DNA of 64,000 nt from an uncultured Armatimonadetes bacterium. Its GTDB lineage: Bacteria; Armatimonadota; Hebobacteria; Hebobacterales; Hebobacteraceae. Of the stretch, positions 31,479 to 40,611 are shown piece after piece. The stretch lies in NCBI GenBank assembly GCA_963716175.1, contig OY970296.1:672001-736000 (forward strand). Reading direction: 5' to 3'. The translations under genes were made by a program, and so were the position numbers. Under the pieces are notes generated by a model. That model was not told the DNA's origin. It did not search any database and saw only the letters and a program-made list of their open reading frames with translations. Every line of letters begins with the position of its first letter. Positions within the stretch are counted from its first letter, which is position 1.

Positions 31479-31518
31479 CTACGTTCTCTCCATCTCTCCC
31501 CTCGCAGGTTAGCGGCCC

Positions 31519-32816
31519 TTAGAACTTGGTGGCTAGACCGACCGCGATCTGGTCCAGATTAGGCTTCGAAGCGCCGCCACTGGTCGTGTTCCGCGTGAGC
31601 TCCAGCTTGAGATGGTCATCGGGGTGATCCGGTAGCCGGCGCCTAATGACAGTCGGTGGTAGTCGTTCACCGCCACCGAAATGCCGCCCAGCTTCGCCAA
31701 AGCGCCGCCGTCCAACGAGGTATCGCCGTAGCGAGTGGCGAGGTAGGTCTTGGGGTTCAGGTTGTAGAGCGCCTCTGCAAGCCAGTACTTGCCTTTCCAA
31801 TCGGGCGCGCCAGCGGCCTCATCGGTGAACTGCCCATAGGTAGCGCCGGCCTGCCAGGGCACGTCCGCGGGGGCACCCACGACCGACTTGATGCCCTCTT
31901 TGCCGTAGCCGTAGCGAGCATCTGCCTCCCAGAGACTTCGATTCCAGGCGGTGGCGCCGGGCGGGGCGTCGAACACCTCGGCGATGTCGAAATCGGGCTG
32001 GTCCAGCGTGTTATCGCTCTTCACCAAGTCGCCGGAGCGGAAGTAGCTCCCGGACAGATACAGCTGCCGGTTCACCAGCGCGCCCACCTTGGCCGACCAG
32101 GCGAGCCCGCTATCCGAGGCGACCACGCCCTTGTTGCCGTTCATCAGCGCGACGGAGTAAGTGGCCGCCCCGCGACCGACCGGCCCGCGGAAGTTGATGC
32201 CCTCGTCATAGCCCGAGATGTGGGACACCGAGTTGGTGATGAGGATGCTCTCGACGGGGTTGTCGGTCCAGGTTTCCTGCCCGACGTCGATCTTGAACTT
32301 GCCGATCCGCAACACGTGCCCGGGGGCGAAACCGCCCCAGTTGTTCAGATCCAGATAGAAGTAGTCGAACCCGTTCGATCCGGCCCGGTTGTTGCTGAAC
32401 CGGTTGACAATGGTGACGTCCTTCGACGGCGAAAAGGTGAAGCGGAGCTTCGCGTCGGGGATGTCGAGGCTGCGGTTCGGGAAGCTCCCCTGGTCGCTCG
32501 TCTTGAACGCGCCCGCGAAGAACCGCCCATCGATCTTGATCTTGGTATCCTTGTTTGCGGCCTCCACCACTTGCTGCGGGTTCTTCTCGGAGGCTTGCGC
32601 CTTCTTCTCCAATTCATCGAGGCGCTTCTTGAGCTGATCGTAGTCGCCGAGGCGCTGCTTCAGCTCGTCGATCTGCTGCTGCAGATCGGGCTGCGCAGCA
32701 GCGGCTGGGGCCGCTTGCGACGCCGCCGCTTCGCCCGTCGCCCGGTCCTGCGCCCGTGCTGTACCCACAAAGAACACCGCACAGGCGAGGACGACGCTCG
32801 CGGTCAGTCGCTTCAT
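31519..32816 (-). CDS. Putative phosphate-regulated outer-membrane porin (coiled coil + beta-barrel), frameshifted near 31614
   Basis: Signal peptide, coiled coil LQQQIDELKQRL..., alternating beta strands; +1 C restores the C-terminus ...LDQIAVGLATKF with terminal Phe. Confidence 0.8.
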
Positions 32817-32847
32817 GCACTCTCCTTTCGCTTCGGGTGCTGACCCT

Positions 32848-32922
32848 ATGCTACCGGGAGAAGGTTAAGGGAGGGCTAAGGGGCCTTGGGCAAGGGTTAG
32901 GTGTGGGTTAAGGCTAGCTTAG
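32848..32922 (-). promoter_or_regulatory. Six-unit Pho-box array and promoter upstream of the porin
   Basis: Minus strand CTAAGC-N5-TTAACC-N5-CTAACC-N5-CCAAGG-N4-TTAGCC-N5-TTAACC (32922-32863), then -10-like TAGCAT (32848-53) 9 bp downstream. Confidence 0.8.
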
Positions 32923-32976
32923 GGAAACACCCTAGAGGTGATGTGTAGACAGCACGGGATTCGCGGGGCTCGAAGG

Positions 32977-34740
32977 TCAAGGTCTGGGTGCTGGAAGCAC
33001 AACAGTGAAGCGGCTGCCTTTGCCAAGCTGGCTCTCCACGGAGACGCGGCCGCCATGGGCCTCCGTAAGGTGCTTGACAATAGAGAGGCCCAATCCGGTG
33101 CCGCCCAGCTCGCGCGAGCGCGCCTTGTCCACCCGGTAGAAACGCTCGAAGATGCGCTCCAGATCGGTGGACGGGATGCCTATGCCAGTGTCCCAGATGG
33201 TGATCGCCGCTTCGCTGTCGGAACGGGTTGCCGTCACACCAACACGGCCGCCCGCCTCCGTGTACTTGAGCGCGTTGTCCAGCAGGTTGCCGAGGAGGCG
33301 GTTGAGTGACGACCAATCGCAGAGCACGGTCAGGTCACCCGGGATGCTCAGTCCCACCGTCACCTGCCTCTGCTCCGCCAAGGAGCGCAGTTGGTCCACG
33401 ACCGCGCGTACCGCCTCAGAGACGGCCACCTCAGTTGCTGCGTGCTCGTGGGTGCCGGCCTCGATGGTGGCCAGGTCGAGCAGATCGCGCACCAGCGCTC
33501 CGAGCCGATCCGCTTGCCGCGCAAGATCGTGCAGGAAGCGGTCGGCAACCGCCGGGTCATCGCGGCCTCCGGAGAGCAGGGTCTCGGTCATGGCCTTGAT
33601 CGCGGTGATCGGGGTCTGCAGCTCATGGGAGGCGTTGGCGACGAACTCGCGCCGCACCGCCTCCAGCCGGCGCAGCTGGGTGACATCGTGGAGTATCGCC
33701 ACCGCGCCCAACGGCTCGTGCTGCGCGATCCCGGTCACGATGGCCTCGAGTATCCGCGGCTGTGGGAAAAGCACTCTCACCTCGACCGTCACCTGTTCGC
33801 CGCTCAAGGCGGCTTGGAATGCCTGATCCAGCGGGCTGCTCTTGGTCGCGTCCGCCAGGGTCAGTCCGCGGGCACTATCACAGGGCACGCCGAAGACCTG
33901 CTCGAAGGCTGGGTTGCAGAGGGTGATGCGACCGTTGGGGCCGGTGACGATGATCGCCTCGCCCATCCTCTCGAAGATGGTCTCGATCCTCTGCCTTTCC
34001 TCCCGAAGCTCGCGCACCGTGGCGCGGATGCGCGTTGCCATCTCGTTGAAGGTGGCAGCCAGGGAGGCGATCTCGTCTTTGCCGCGAGCAGGCACGCGGG
34101 CCTCCAGGTTGCCTGCTGCCAGACTGCCGGCAGCCCTGCTCAGCCGGCGAATCGCCCCTAGCGACCGGGAGGAGAAGGCCAGGCTGATCAGCAGAGACAG
34201 AGCAGCAGCGGCAGCAGCGACGACGATGAGCCTCGCCCGGATGCGGGACTCAGCCGCCGCCACCGAGCGCAGGGGCAGCGCCACTCGCACGATGCCCGAC
34301 AGGCCTCCATTGCGCCTGACCGGGATGGCGACGTACAGCATGTCAAGGCCGAGTGTGGCGCTGTGGCGAATGCTGCTGCCGGCGCCCGTCGCCACCGCCT
34401 GCTGCACCTCCGGCCGAGAGGCGTGATTCTCCATGGTCTCGGGGTTGTGCTCGCTGTCCGCCAATACCACCCCGCTGGGCGCGATCAGGGTGACCCGAAT
34501 GCCCACGCTCTTGGCCGCTCTGGCCGCGGCCGCTCGCATGTCGGTACCGCTCCCCGGCCGGGCGAGATCGGCGCCAAGCTCATCGCCAATCAAGGCCGCC
34601 TGGGCGCGTAGGCCGTCCTCGAGAGAGCCGACGTAGTGCCGGTCTATCTCGTGGCTGAGGTAGAGCCCCAGTGATCCCACCGCGACCAGCGCCACGAGCA
34701 GATAGCTCAGGAAGAGCTTCCAGGTTATGCTCACGCGCAC
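32977..34740 (-). CDS. phoR: Phosphate regulon sensor histidine kinase
   Basis: TM-MENHASRPEV-TM-HAMP-PAS, EFVANASHEL.TP, NLLDNALKY, RIFERFYRVDKARSR..GGTGLGL. Confidence 0.93.
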   Translation of the reverse strand: MRVSITWKLFLSYLLVALVAVGSLGLYLSHEIDRHYVGSLEDGLRAQAALIGDELGADLARPGSGTDMRAAAARAAKSVGIRVTLIAPSGVVLADSEHNPETMENHASRPEVQQAVATGAGSSIRHSATLGLDMLYVAIPVRRNGGLSGIVRVALPLRSVAAAESRIRARLIVVAAAAAALSLLISLAFSSRSLGAIRRLSRAAGSLAAGNLEARVPARGKDEIASLAATFNEMATRIRATVRELREERQRIETIFERMGEAIIVTGPNGRITLCNPAFEQVFGVPCDSARGLTLADATKSSPLDQAFQAALSGEQVTVEVRVLFPQPRILEAIVTGIAQHEPLGAVAILHDVTQLRRLEAVRREFVANASHELQTPITAIKAMTETLLSGGRDDPAVADRFLHDLARQADRLGALVRDLLDLATIEAGTHEHAATEVAVSEAVRAVVDQLRSLAEQRQVTVGLSIPGDLTVLCDWSSLNRLLGNLLDNALKYTEAGGRVGVTATRSDSEAAITIWDTGIGIPSTDLERIFERFYRVDKARSRELGGTGLGLSIVKHLTEAHGGRVSVESQLGKGSRFTVVLPAPRP

Positions 34741-34755
34741 TCCTGCTACCGCAGC

Positions 34756-35442
34756 TTACTTGGCGAAGCGATAGCCGATCCCCCTCACGGTCTCGATGTA
34801 CTGAGGATGGTCGGGGTCGGGCTCCAGCTTCCTGCGCAGCCACCGGATGTGGACGTCCACGGTGCGAGCATCAATGTACTCGTCGCTGCCCCAAGCCTCA
34901 TCCAGCAGTTGTTGGCGCGTCCGGGCGCGCCCCCGATGGAGGAGCAGCACGCGCAGCAGGCTCAGCTCTCTCGGGGCCAAGGGCACCGCCTTCCCGCCGA
35001 CCGTTACCGAAGGTGCCTCCAGGTCAACCGCCAGATGCCCATCGCTGAACGCCGGACGCTCCTGCGACCGTGCCAGCATCTCCTGGCGGCGAAGCGCCGC
35101 GCGCACCCGGGCGATCAGCTCGCGCATGCTGAACGGCTTGGTGACGTAATCGTCGGCCCCCACCTCCAGGCCGACGACTCGGTCCACCTCTTCCGCCTTG
35201 GCCGTAAGCATGATGATCGGAACTGACGAGCGCTGGCGCAGGATCCGGCATACGTCCAGCCCCCCCACGCCAGGCAGCATCAGGTCGAGGATCACCAGTT
35301 CCGGGTTGAATTCCTGGGCGAGGCCAAGCGCGGTCTCGCCGTTCGCCGCCGTCCGGGCCTGGAAGCCTTCTTGGCCCAGCGAGTAGGCAATCGAGTCGGC
35401 AATGGCGTTCTCGTCCTCGACGATGAGAATGCGCCGCCCCAT
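34756..35442 (-). CDS. phoB: OmpR/PhoB family response regulator
   Basis: IVEDE, LDLMLP, GADDYVTKPF, RTVDVHIRWLR.KLE, ETVRG.GYRF; adjacent to phoR. Confidence 0.92.
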   Translation of the reverse strand: MGRRILIVEDENAIADSIAYSLGQEGFQARTAANGETALGLAQEFNPELVILDLMLPGVGGLDVCRILRQRSSVPIIMLTAKAEEVDRVVGLEVGADDYVTKPFSMRELIARVRAALRRQEMLARSQERPAFSDGHLAVDLEAPSVTVGGKAVPLAPRELSLLRVLLLHRGRARTRQQLLDEAWGSDEYIDARTVDVHIRWLRRKLEPDPDHPQYIETVRGIGYRFAK

Positions 35443-35613
35443 GTCTGGTGGATTCCGCAGAGAGCGGCTTTCTCCCGCCTCCGGTCGGGCCCACAGCACG
35501 GAAATGCACCTGAGACAGGCTACCCGGCGGAGCGGGGCAAGAGCTGGGGGCGAGACGACCAAGTTGCCCAGGAGAGGCCGAAGGGAGCGTGATGACTAAC
35601 GGAAGCTCGCGTG

Positions 35614-35925
35614 TCACGAGCGCGGTGATACTTTCCGCTTCAAGTAGACCTGGTTTGTCATGCCCGGCACTGAGAAATCCGGGTTCGCCACGAACCCGGC
35701 CCGCTGAAGCAGCACCTGCATCCGGCGATTCGTGACGGCGGTATTCGTCCACACCTCCTGGTAGCCGGATCGAGCGATTCCCTCCATGAGCGATACCATG
35801 AGCGCCCGCGCAGCCGCCGCACTCCGCGCCTCGGGTTGCACGTACAGGTCCACGACGTAGGGGTGCTCCCCGTTTCTGTACCACCTGGAATGAGACTTCT
35901 TCGGCTCAAGACAGTAAGCGCATGT
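35614..35925 (-). pseudogene. C-terminal fragment of a GNAT acetyltransferase
   Basis: YVVDLYVQPEAR...ARALM...TN..MQ.LL.RAGF; no plausible N-terminus. Confidence 0.5.
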
Positions 35926-36063
35926 TTGCTGACCGCCGGGTCAGCGCCGCGGCCGAGGCCCGCGCGAAGTCATCCGGCGCCAGGTTCCCGAGCGCGCTGT
36001 GCGGCCGCCAAGCAGAGGGGGAATCCATCTTCGGTCATTCCGGACGCGCTGACCGGCGCGCGG

Positions 36064-36948
36064 CTAGACGTGAGCCTTCAGAAACGCCAGCACACGGTCG
36101 AGCACCCTCTCCACCACCTCGTCGTCGGCGGCATCGAAGCCGTGCTCCCCGCCTGGGATCGTGATCAGCTCGTGCTCGATCCCGGCCTCTGCCAGCGCCT
36201 TCGCCATCATCACCGACTGCTCACAAGGAACGTCCGTGTCGTCGCTTCCGTGGAGTAGCTGCGTCGGCGGGTAGTCATCCGTCACATTCCGCACCGGGCA
36301 GAACCGCTCGAACGCCTCCGGCTCCGTGTCCGGGTCGCAGCCAACCACCTCCCTGGGCCAGAGGCCCTGCTGCCGGCAGTAGAGGTAGAAACGTCCCCTC
36401 TCCGTCTCCCCGGCGGCCTCGCAGATCACATCATCGCCCACCGACGCGTACGCCTCCGCCGCCGTCACCACCGGTTGCCGGCAGTAGAACGGATCGGGCC
36501 GGCTGTACCATTCGCCGGCGATGTCCCCGTACCCGTAGAACGACACCAGCGCCCTCGGCCGCGGTCGAACCAGAAGCCCGGCCATCAGCGCGAGGTACCC
36601 GCCCGCTGAGTGGCCCACCACCGCGATCCGCCGCTCATCGGCCCCGAACAACCGGGGCCCAGTCACCCGCACCCACCGGCACGCGTCTCCTAGATCCTCG
36701 ACGATCTCCGGCAGCTTCGTCTCCGGTGCCAGCCGGTAGTCGATCGCGACCACTTGATATCCCGCCCTCAGGTACAGGTCGCGCTGGCGTTCCCGAATGC
36801 CCGCTCGCGATCCCATGATGAGCGCACCACCGTGGACCCAAAGGATGACCGGGCGGCGATCTGGCGTCGCCGGCCCCCAGACGTCCGCCTTGATCTGGCA
36901 GCCATGTACGGTCTTGTAGACGAAGGTCCTTGGACTGCTGCTGGTCAC
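36064..36948 (-). CDS. Alpha/beta hydrolase (HSL-like esterase/lipase)
   Basis: WVHGGALIMG, DYRLAPE, GHSAGG, LHG..DTDVP, HGFD; GTG start after GAGGAG. Confidence 0.9.
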   Translation of the reverse strand: MTSSSPRTFVYKTVHGCQIKADVWGPATPDRRPVILWVHGGALIMGSRAGIRERQRDLYLRAGYQVVAIDYRLAPETKLPEIVEDLGDACRWVRVTGPRLFGADERRIAVVGHSAGGYLALMAGLLVRPRPRALVSFYGYGDIAGEWYSRPDPFYCRQPVVTAAEAYASVGDDVICEAAGETERGRFYLYCRQQGLWPREVVGCDPDTEPEAFERFCPVRNVTDDYPPTQLLHGSDDTDVPCEQSVMMAKALAEAGIEHELITIPGGEHGFDAADDEVVERVLDRVLAFLKAHV

Positions 36949-37306
36949 GAGTCTCCTCTCAACAGCACTTCCTGGCCCGTCGGCACGGTCGCGCAGCGCC
37001 CCGCGGATGTAACACGCAGTCGGCAGTAACAGGATTGGACCCCTGGGCGCCTGACCTTCGTCTGTTCCGCAGCAATCGGGCAGCGCCTTCTGCTGGGCAA
37101 GCTTGCCTGCGCCTCTCCTGTCTGTCTCGGGCAGAGAGCGCGCGCCGCGGCCAGCCATGTGGGCCAAGCGGCTGTTGGCAGGTGGTTCCATAGATGCGAG
37201 TTGCACCGCACCCCATGTCTTGCAGGATGGCACCTGGCCTGCGCGTAATCGTCTCCAGGAAGCGCAGAGGTAGTCCGCGTCGAGGCGCGAAGGGAGAAGC
37301 CGCGAC

Positions 37307-38269
37307 ATGACCAGCGGGTTGGACTCGCGATCCCGCGTGCTCCGCGCGGTCAGCCATCGTGAGGTTGACCGCGTCCCGTGTTTCTTCACGGCCGAGGATG
37401 ATGTGTGGGCCATGGTGATGGCGCACTTCGGGCTGCGAGACCGGGTAGAGGTGATCCGTCACTTCGGCGGTGACACGATCCAGGTGACTTGCTACCGGCC
37501 GACCGCCGACCTCAGCGGTGTCGAGACCATTGATGACCTGGTGCGGGTCCCCTGGCCAGGCGTGGAGGCGGTGGACATCGACGGCTATGCGAACCGAGCG
37601 CGGGCGGCGCGCAAGACTGGGCTGGCAGTGTTGGGCGGCACGTGGGCGAGCATCTTCACTCACGCACGCCGCAGCATGGGGGAGGAGAAGTACCTCATGG
37701 CGATGCTCGACCAGCCCGAGCTGATCGCCCGCATTGTGGCGAATGAAGCGGAGTCCTACCTGGCTATCAATGAAGCGATCTTCAGCCGGTGCTCAGATTG
37801 TCTGGACATCTGCTACTTCGGTAGCGACCTGGGAGCGCAGAGATCCCTGTTCATCAGCCGCGATCTGATCCGTCAGTTCTTCGTGCCTCACCTCAGGCGC
37901 CTCACCCAGCAGGCGAAGAGCTACGGACTCAAGGTGATGTACCACACCTGTGGCGCCATAGCCGAGATCGTGCCGGATCTGATCGAGTGCGGCATTGATG
38001 CCCTCGACCCGGTGCAGGTGTCTGCCGCAGGGATGGACCCCGCCGCCCTCGCCTGGCGATTCAAGGGTCAGGTTGCCTTCCATGGCGGCGTAAGCACCCA
38101 AACCCTCCTGCCCTTCGCCACACCTGACCAAGTGCGCGAAGAAGTCAAGCGCACCATCGCTGACCTCGGCCCCAGCGGCTACGTCTGCGGGCCGGACCAG
38201 TCAATGATGGCAGATATCCCGATCGACAACATGACAGCGATGTATGAGGCGGCAAGGGCCAGCGGCTAG
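37307..38269 (+). CDS. URO-D family protein
   Basis: SRVLRAV.H.E.DRVP, MG.E, GSDLG.Q, YHTCG, GIDALDPVQ, FHGGVSTQ, GYVCGP. Confidence 0.9.
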   Translation: MTSGLDSRSRVLRAVSHREVDRVPCFFTAEDDVWAMVMAHFGLRDRVEVIRHFGGDTIQVTCYRPTADLSGVETIDDLVRVPWPGVEAVDIDGYANRARAARKTGLAVLGGTWASIFTHARRSMGEEKYLMAMLDQPELIARIVANEAESYLAINEAIFSRCSDCLDICYFGSDLGAQRSLFISRDLIRQFFVPHLRRLTQQAKSYGLKVMYHTCGAIAEIVPDLIECGIDALDPVQVSAAGMDPAALAWRFKGQVAFHGGVSTQTLLPFATPDQVREEVKRTIADLGPSGYVCGPDQSMMADIPIDNMTAMYEAARASG

Positions 38270-38299
38270 AGACCAGAGATCAGGGTTGGGGTTCGGTGC

Positions 38300-38407
38300 T
38301 ACAGCCCGGTTGCAGAGAGGTGGTTCGGTCCCATTCAAGGGATCCTTGGGCTCGGCCGCCGATAGCCGGTGCGGCCCCGCGATCTGTCTGGTCACGCTCT
38401 GACTCAT
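38300..38407 (-). pseudogene. Degenerate DUF2924-like N-terminal fragment
   Basis: MSQSVTRQIAG.HRLSAAE.K..LNGTEPP..NR resembles DUF2924 N-termini; RBS AGGAGG; similarity then breaks off. Confidence 0.55.
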
Positions 38408-38447
38408 CCGATGTCCCTCCTCCTGGACGGGGACGGCTAAGCCCGCC

Positions 38448-38645
38448 TCAGGCGGGCCGCCGTGGCGGCCGGAGGCCTAGCCATTCGAGACATTCATCGC
38501 TTGGCTGCCGGAGAACATCAGGAAGTATCTCTCTGCCGTCCACCTCCTTGAGCCGGAGCCGGAGGAAGCCGGTGGCGAGGATGGCGACCACTTCGGCGCG
38601 TCGGGCCGCTGGGCTCATCAGAGCGGGGTCCAGTGGGTTGTGCAC
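38448..38645 (-). CDS. Small protein of the type found upstream of DUF2924/serine-recombinase modules
   Basis: NPLDPALMSPAARRAEVVAILATGFLRLR; RBS AAGGAG. Confidence 0.6.
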   Translation of the reverse strand: MHNPLDPALMSPAARRAEVVAILATGFLRLRLKEVDGREILPDVLRQPSDECLEWLGLRPPRRPA

Positions 38646-38840
38646 AGGCGCTCTCCTTGCTCCGATGCTGGGCGCGAAACGCCCCCACTGGATGACATAC
38701 CGGAAGGAGTTCGAAAGTGTCGGGGCACCCCCCAGGCATCAACCTCGGGGGTGCGGAAAGGCCTCGCAGAACAGCGAAAAGAGATGTTACCTTAGCCTCT
38801 GAATCTGTGTCCTTGTAGTTGCGGGACGAGCGAGGAACAG

Positions 38841-40325
38841 ATGGCGCTCACGGATGGGGAACTCGTCGAACGCGTGCGAAGCGGCGACCGGGAGGCATTC
38901 GGGGACCTGGTCGGCCGCTACCGCGACATGGTCTATGGGCTCGGATACCACCTGACCCACGATTTCGAAGCGGCCCGAGACCTGGCCCAGGAGGCCTTCG
39001 TGCAGGCCTACCTCAAGCTCGGCCAACTCCGTGACCCGGCCAAGTTTTCGGGCTGGCTTCGGCAGATCGCGACGAACGTCCACCGCACTCACCAGCGCCG
39101 CAGGGAGGTAGCGACCGTGACCCTGGATGAAGCAGGGGCAGTGCCCGATGCCCGGCAGCCGTCCGAGATCGAGGTGGTGGTGCGGGATGCCCTGGCCCGG
39201 CTGCGCGAGCCCGAGCGGCTTGCCCTCACGCTCCATTATGTGAATGGCTACTCGCACGCGGAGATTGCGGGGTTTCTGGGCGTCCGGCCGGAGACCGTGA
39301 AGACGCGCCTCGCCCGTGCCCGCCAACACTTGAGGACGGAGGTAATGGCGATGGTGGAGGAGACTTTCCGAGCGAAGTCGCTGGGCGAGGCATTCCAGAA
39401 AGACGTGGTCGGGACGGTTCGCGAGCTCGCGGGAGATCTCAGGCGGGGCTTGCCGCCGGAGCTACCGAAACTGGGAGAGATGGTGACAGAGCACTGGCGA
39501 GGACTGCTCGCAGAAGTGCGGGAGGGGTTGCCGCAGCAGTTAGCGAAGCGCGCTGCGGCCGGCGAGGCGATCAAGGTACAGGAACTGGCCCAGGCGTTGA
39601 GAGAGAAACTCGCGCTCGCTGCGCAGTGGCTGTGGCTGGACCGCATCATCTTTCACCTGCTCACTCACACCTCCGAGCTGACAGATACTACATGGGTGGG
39701 TCTGGGGCGGCATCCCAAGGGGGAGCGGCTGCTCCAGCTCTGGGGCCAAGCGGACCCGCAAGCGGGAGGTATGCGCGCCGCGACGTTCCCTGCGCGGGCG
39801 CGGCGATATCAAGTCTCAGTTGACATGCCCCGCGGGTCTGCGCCCACGTCCCGAGAGGCGCTGCGAGCAAGGCTGGTGGAGGACGTGCGCCACACTGTGG
39901 CCGGACTGCGCGCGGGGATGAGTGCACAGCTTCCGGTGTCAGCGCCAGAACTCTACGCCGAAGTCCAGAATCAGTTCGAGAGGCTAGCGGTGGCTTGGAT
40001 GGAGTCACTTGCCGAGGAGGATAGAGGGCGACTGGAGGCAGGCGAGCGTGTTCCTTTCGCCGAGCTGAGCGGACGTGCGCAGCAGGCACTGCGCGAGTTG
40101 GCAGATGTGGACTGGCTGCGAAGTGTCGCCGCACGGATCGCGGTTGCACCAGAGTGGGAAAGCAAGCCGATGGAGTGCCAGATCACGTTCGAGGCGAGGG
40201 AGGAACGGACGGGGCAGCCGGGGGCAAAGCTGGAGTGTGCGGGCGGATTCATCATCATGGGTGCACAAGGTGTATCGGCAGAATCTGCAGGCGATCCGAA
40301 GGAGCTGAAGGCGGTGAATGAATAG
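38841..40325 (+). CDS. ECF sigma factor with ~310-aa C-terminal extension
   Basis: Sigma2 (DGELV...GDREAFGDLV.RY, DLAQEAFV.AY, F.GWL) and sigma4 (L..L.E.ER..L.L.Y..GYS..EIA..LG....TVKTRL.RAR). Confidence 0.9.
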   Translation: MALTDGELVERVRSGDREAFGDLVGRYRDMVYGLGYHLTHDFEAARDLAQEAFVQAYLKLGQLRDPAKFSGWLRQIATNVHRTHQRRREVATVTLDEAGAVPDARQPSEIEVVVRDALARLREPERLALTLHYVNGYSHAEIAGFLGVRPETVKTRLARARQHLRTEVMAMVEETFRAKSLGEAFQKDVVGTVRELAGDLRRGLPPELPKLGEMVTEHWRGLLAEVREGLPQQLAKRAAAGEAIKVQELAQALREKLALAAQWLWLDRIIFHLLTHTSELTDTTWVGLGRHPKGERLLQLWGQADPQAGGMRAATFPARARRYQVSVDMPRGSAPTSREALRARLVEDVRHTVAGLRAGMSAQLPVSAPELYAEVQNQFERLAVAWMESLAEEDRGRLEAGERVPFAELSGRAQQALRELADVDWLRSVAARIAVAPEWESKPMECQITFEAREERTGQPGAKLECAGGFIIMGAQGVSAESAGDPKELKAVNE

Positions 40326-40354
40326 GAGGGAGCGCGGCCGGCGAGGCGGTAGCG

Positions 40355-40513
40355 AGTCAGGACGTCCGTGTCCTCATGCGCCCGCGTGGTCCTGCCCACG
40401 AACAGGTCGAGCGCCCACCCGCCGGCTATCCACCAGGGGACGGAGATGGCCTCGAAGACCGTGGCAACTTCTTCTAGCGACAGCGGCGACCAGTTGTGAG
40501 GATCGAGGTTCAT
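40355..40513 (-). pseudogene. Truncated nucleotidyltransferase (aminoglycoside 2''-adenylyltransferase/Lnu-like fold)
   Basis: PWWIAGGWALDLFVGRTTRAHEDTDV; the ORF then runs into the antisense of the sigma gene. Confidence 0.7.
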
Positions 40514-40611
40514 GGCCAGGCACTCTGCGACAGCTCCTCGCTGACTAGCGCGAGGATGGGTCCGGTGGAGCGCGTTACAGTGCAGCCGTGCGCCAGGTCA
40601 GGCCCGCAGGG

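Noticed and set aside
32863-32922. Telomere-like GGTTAG repeats or a mini-CRISPR
   Set aside because: The 11-bp periodicity and position in the pho cluster fit PhoB boxes; there are no spacer-length units or cas genes.
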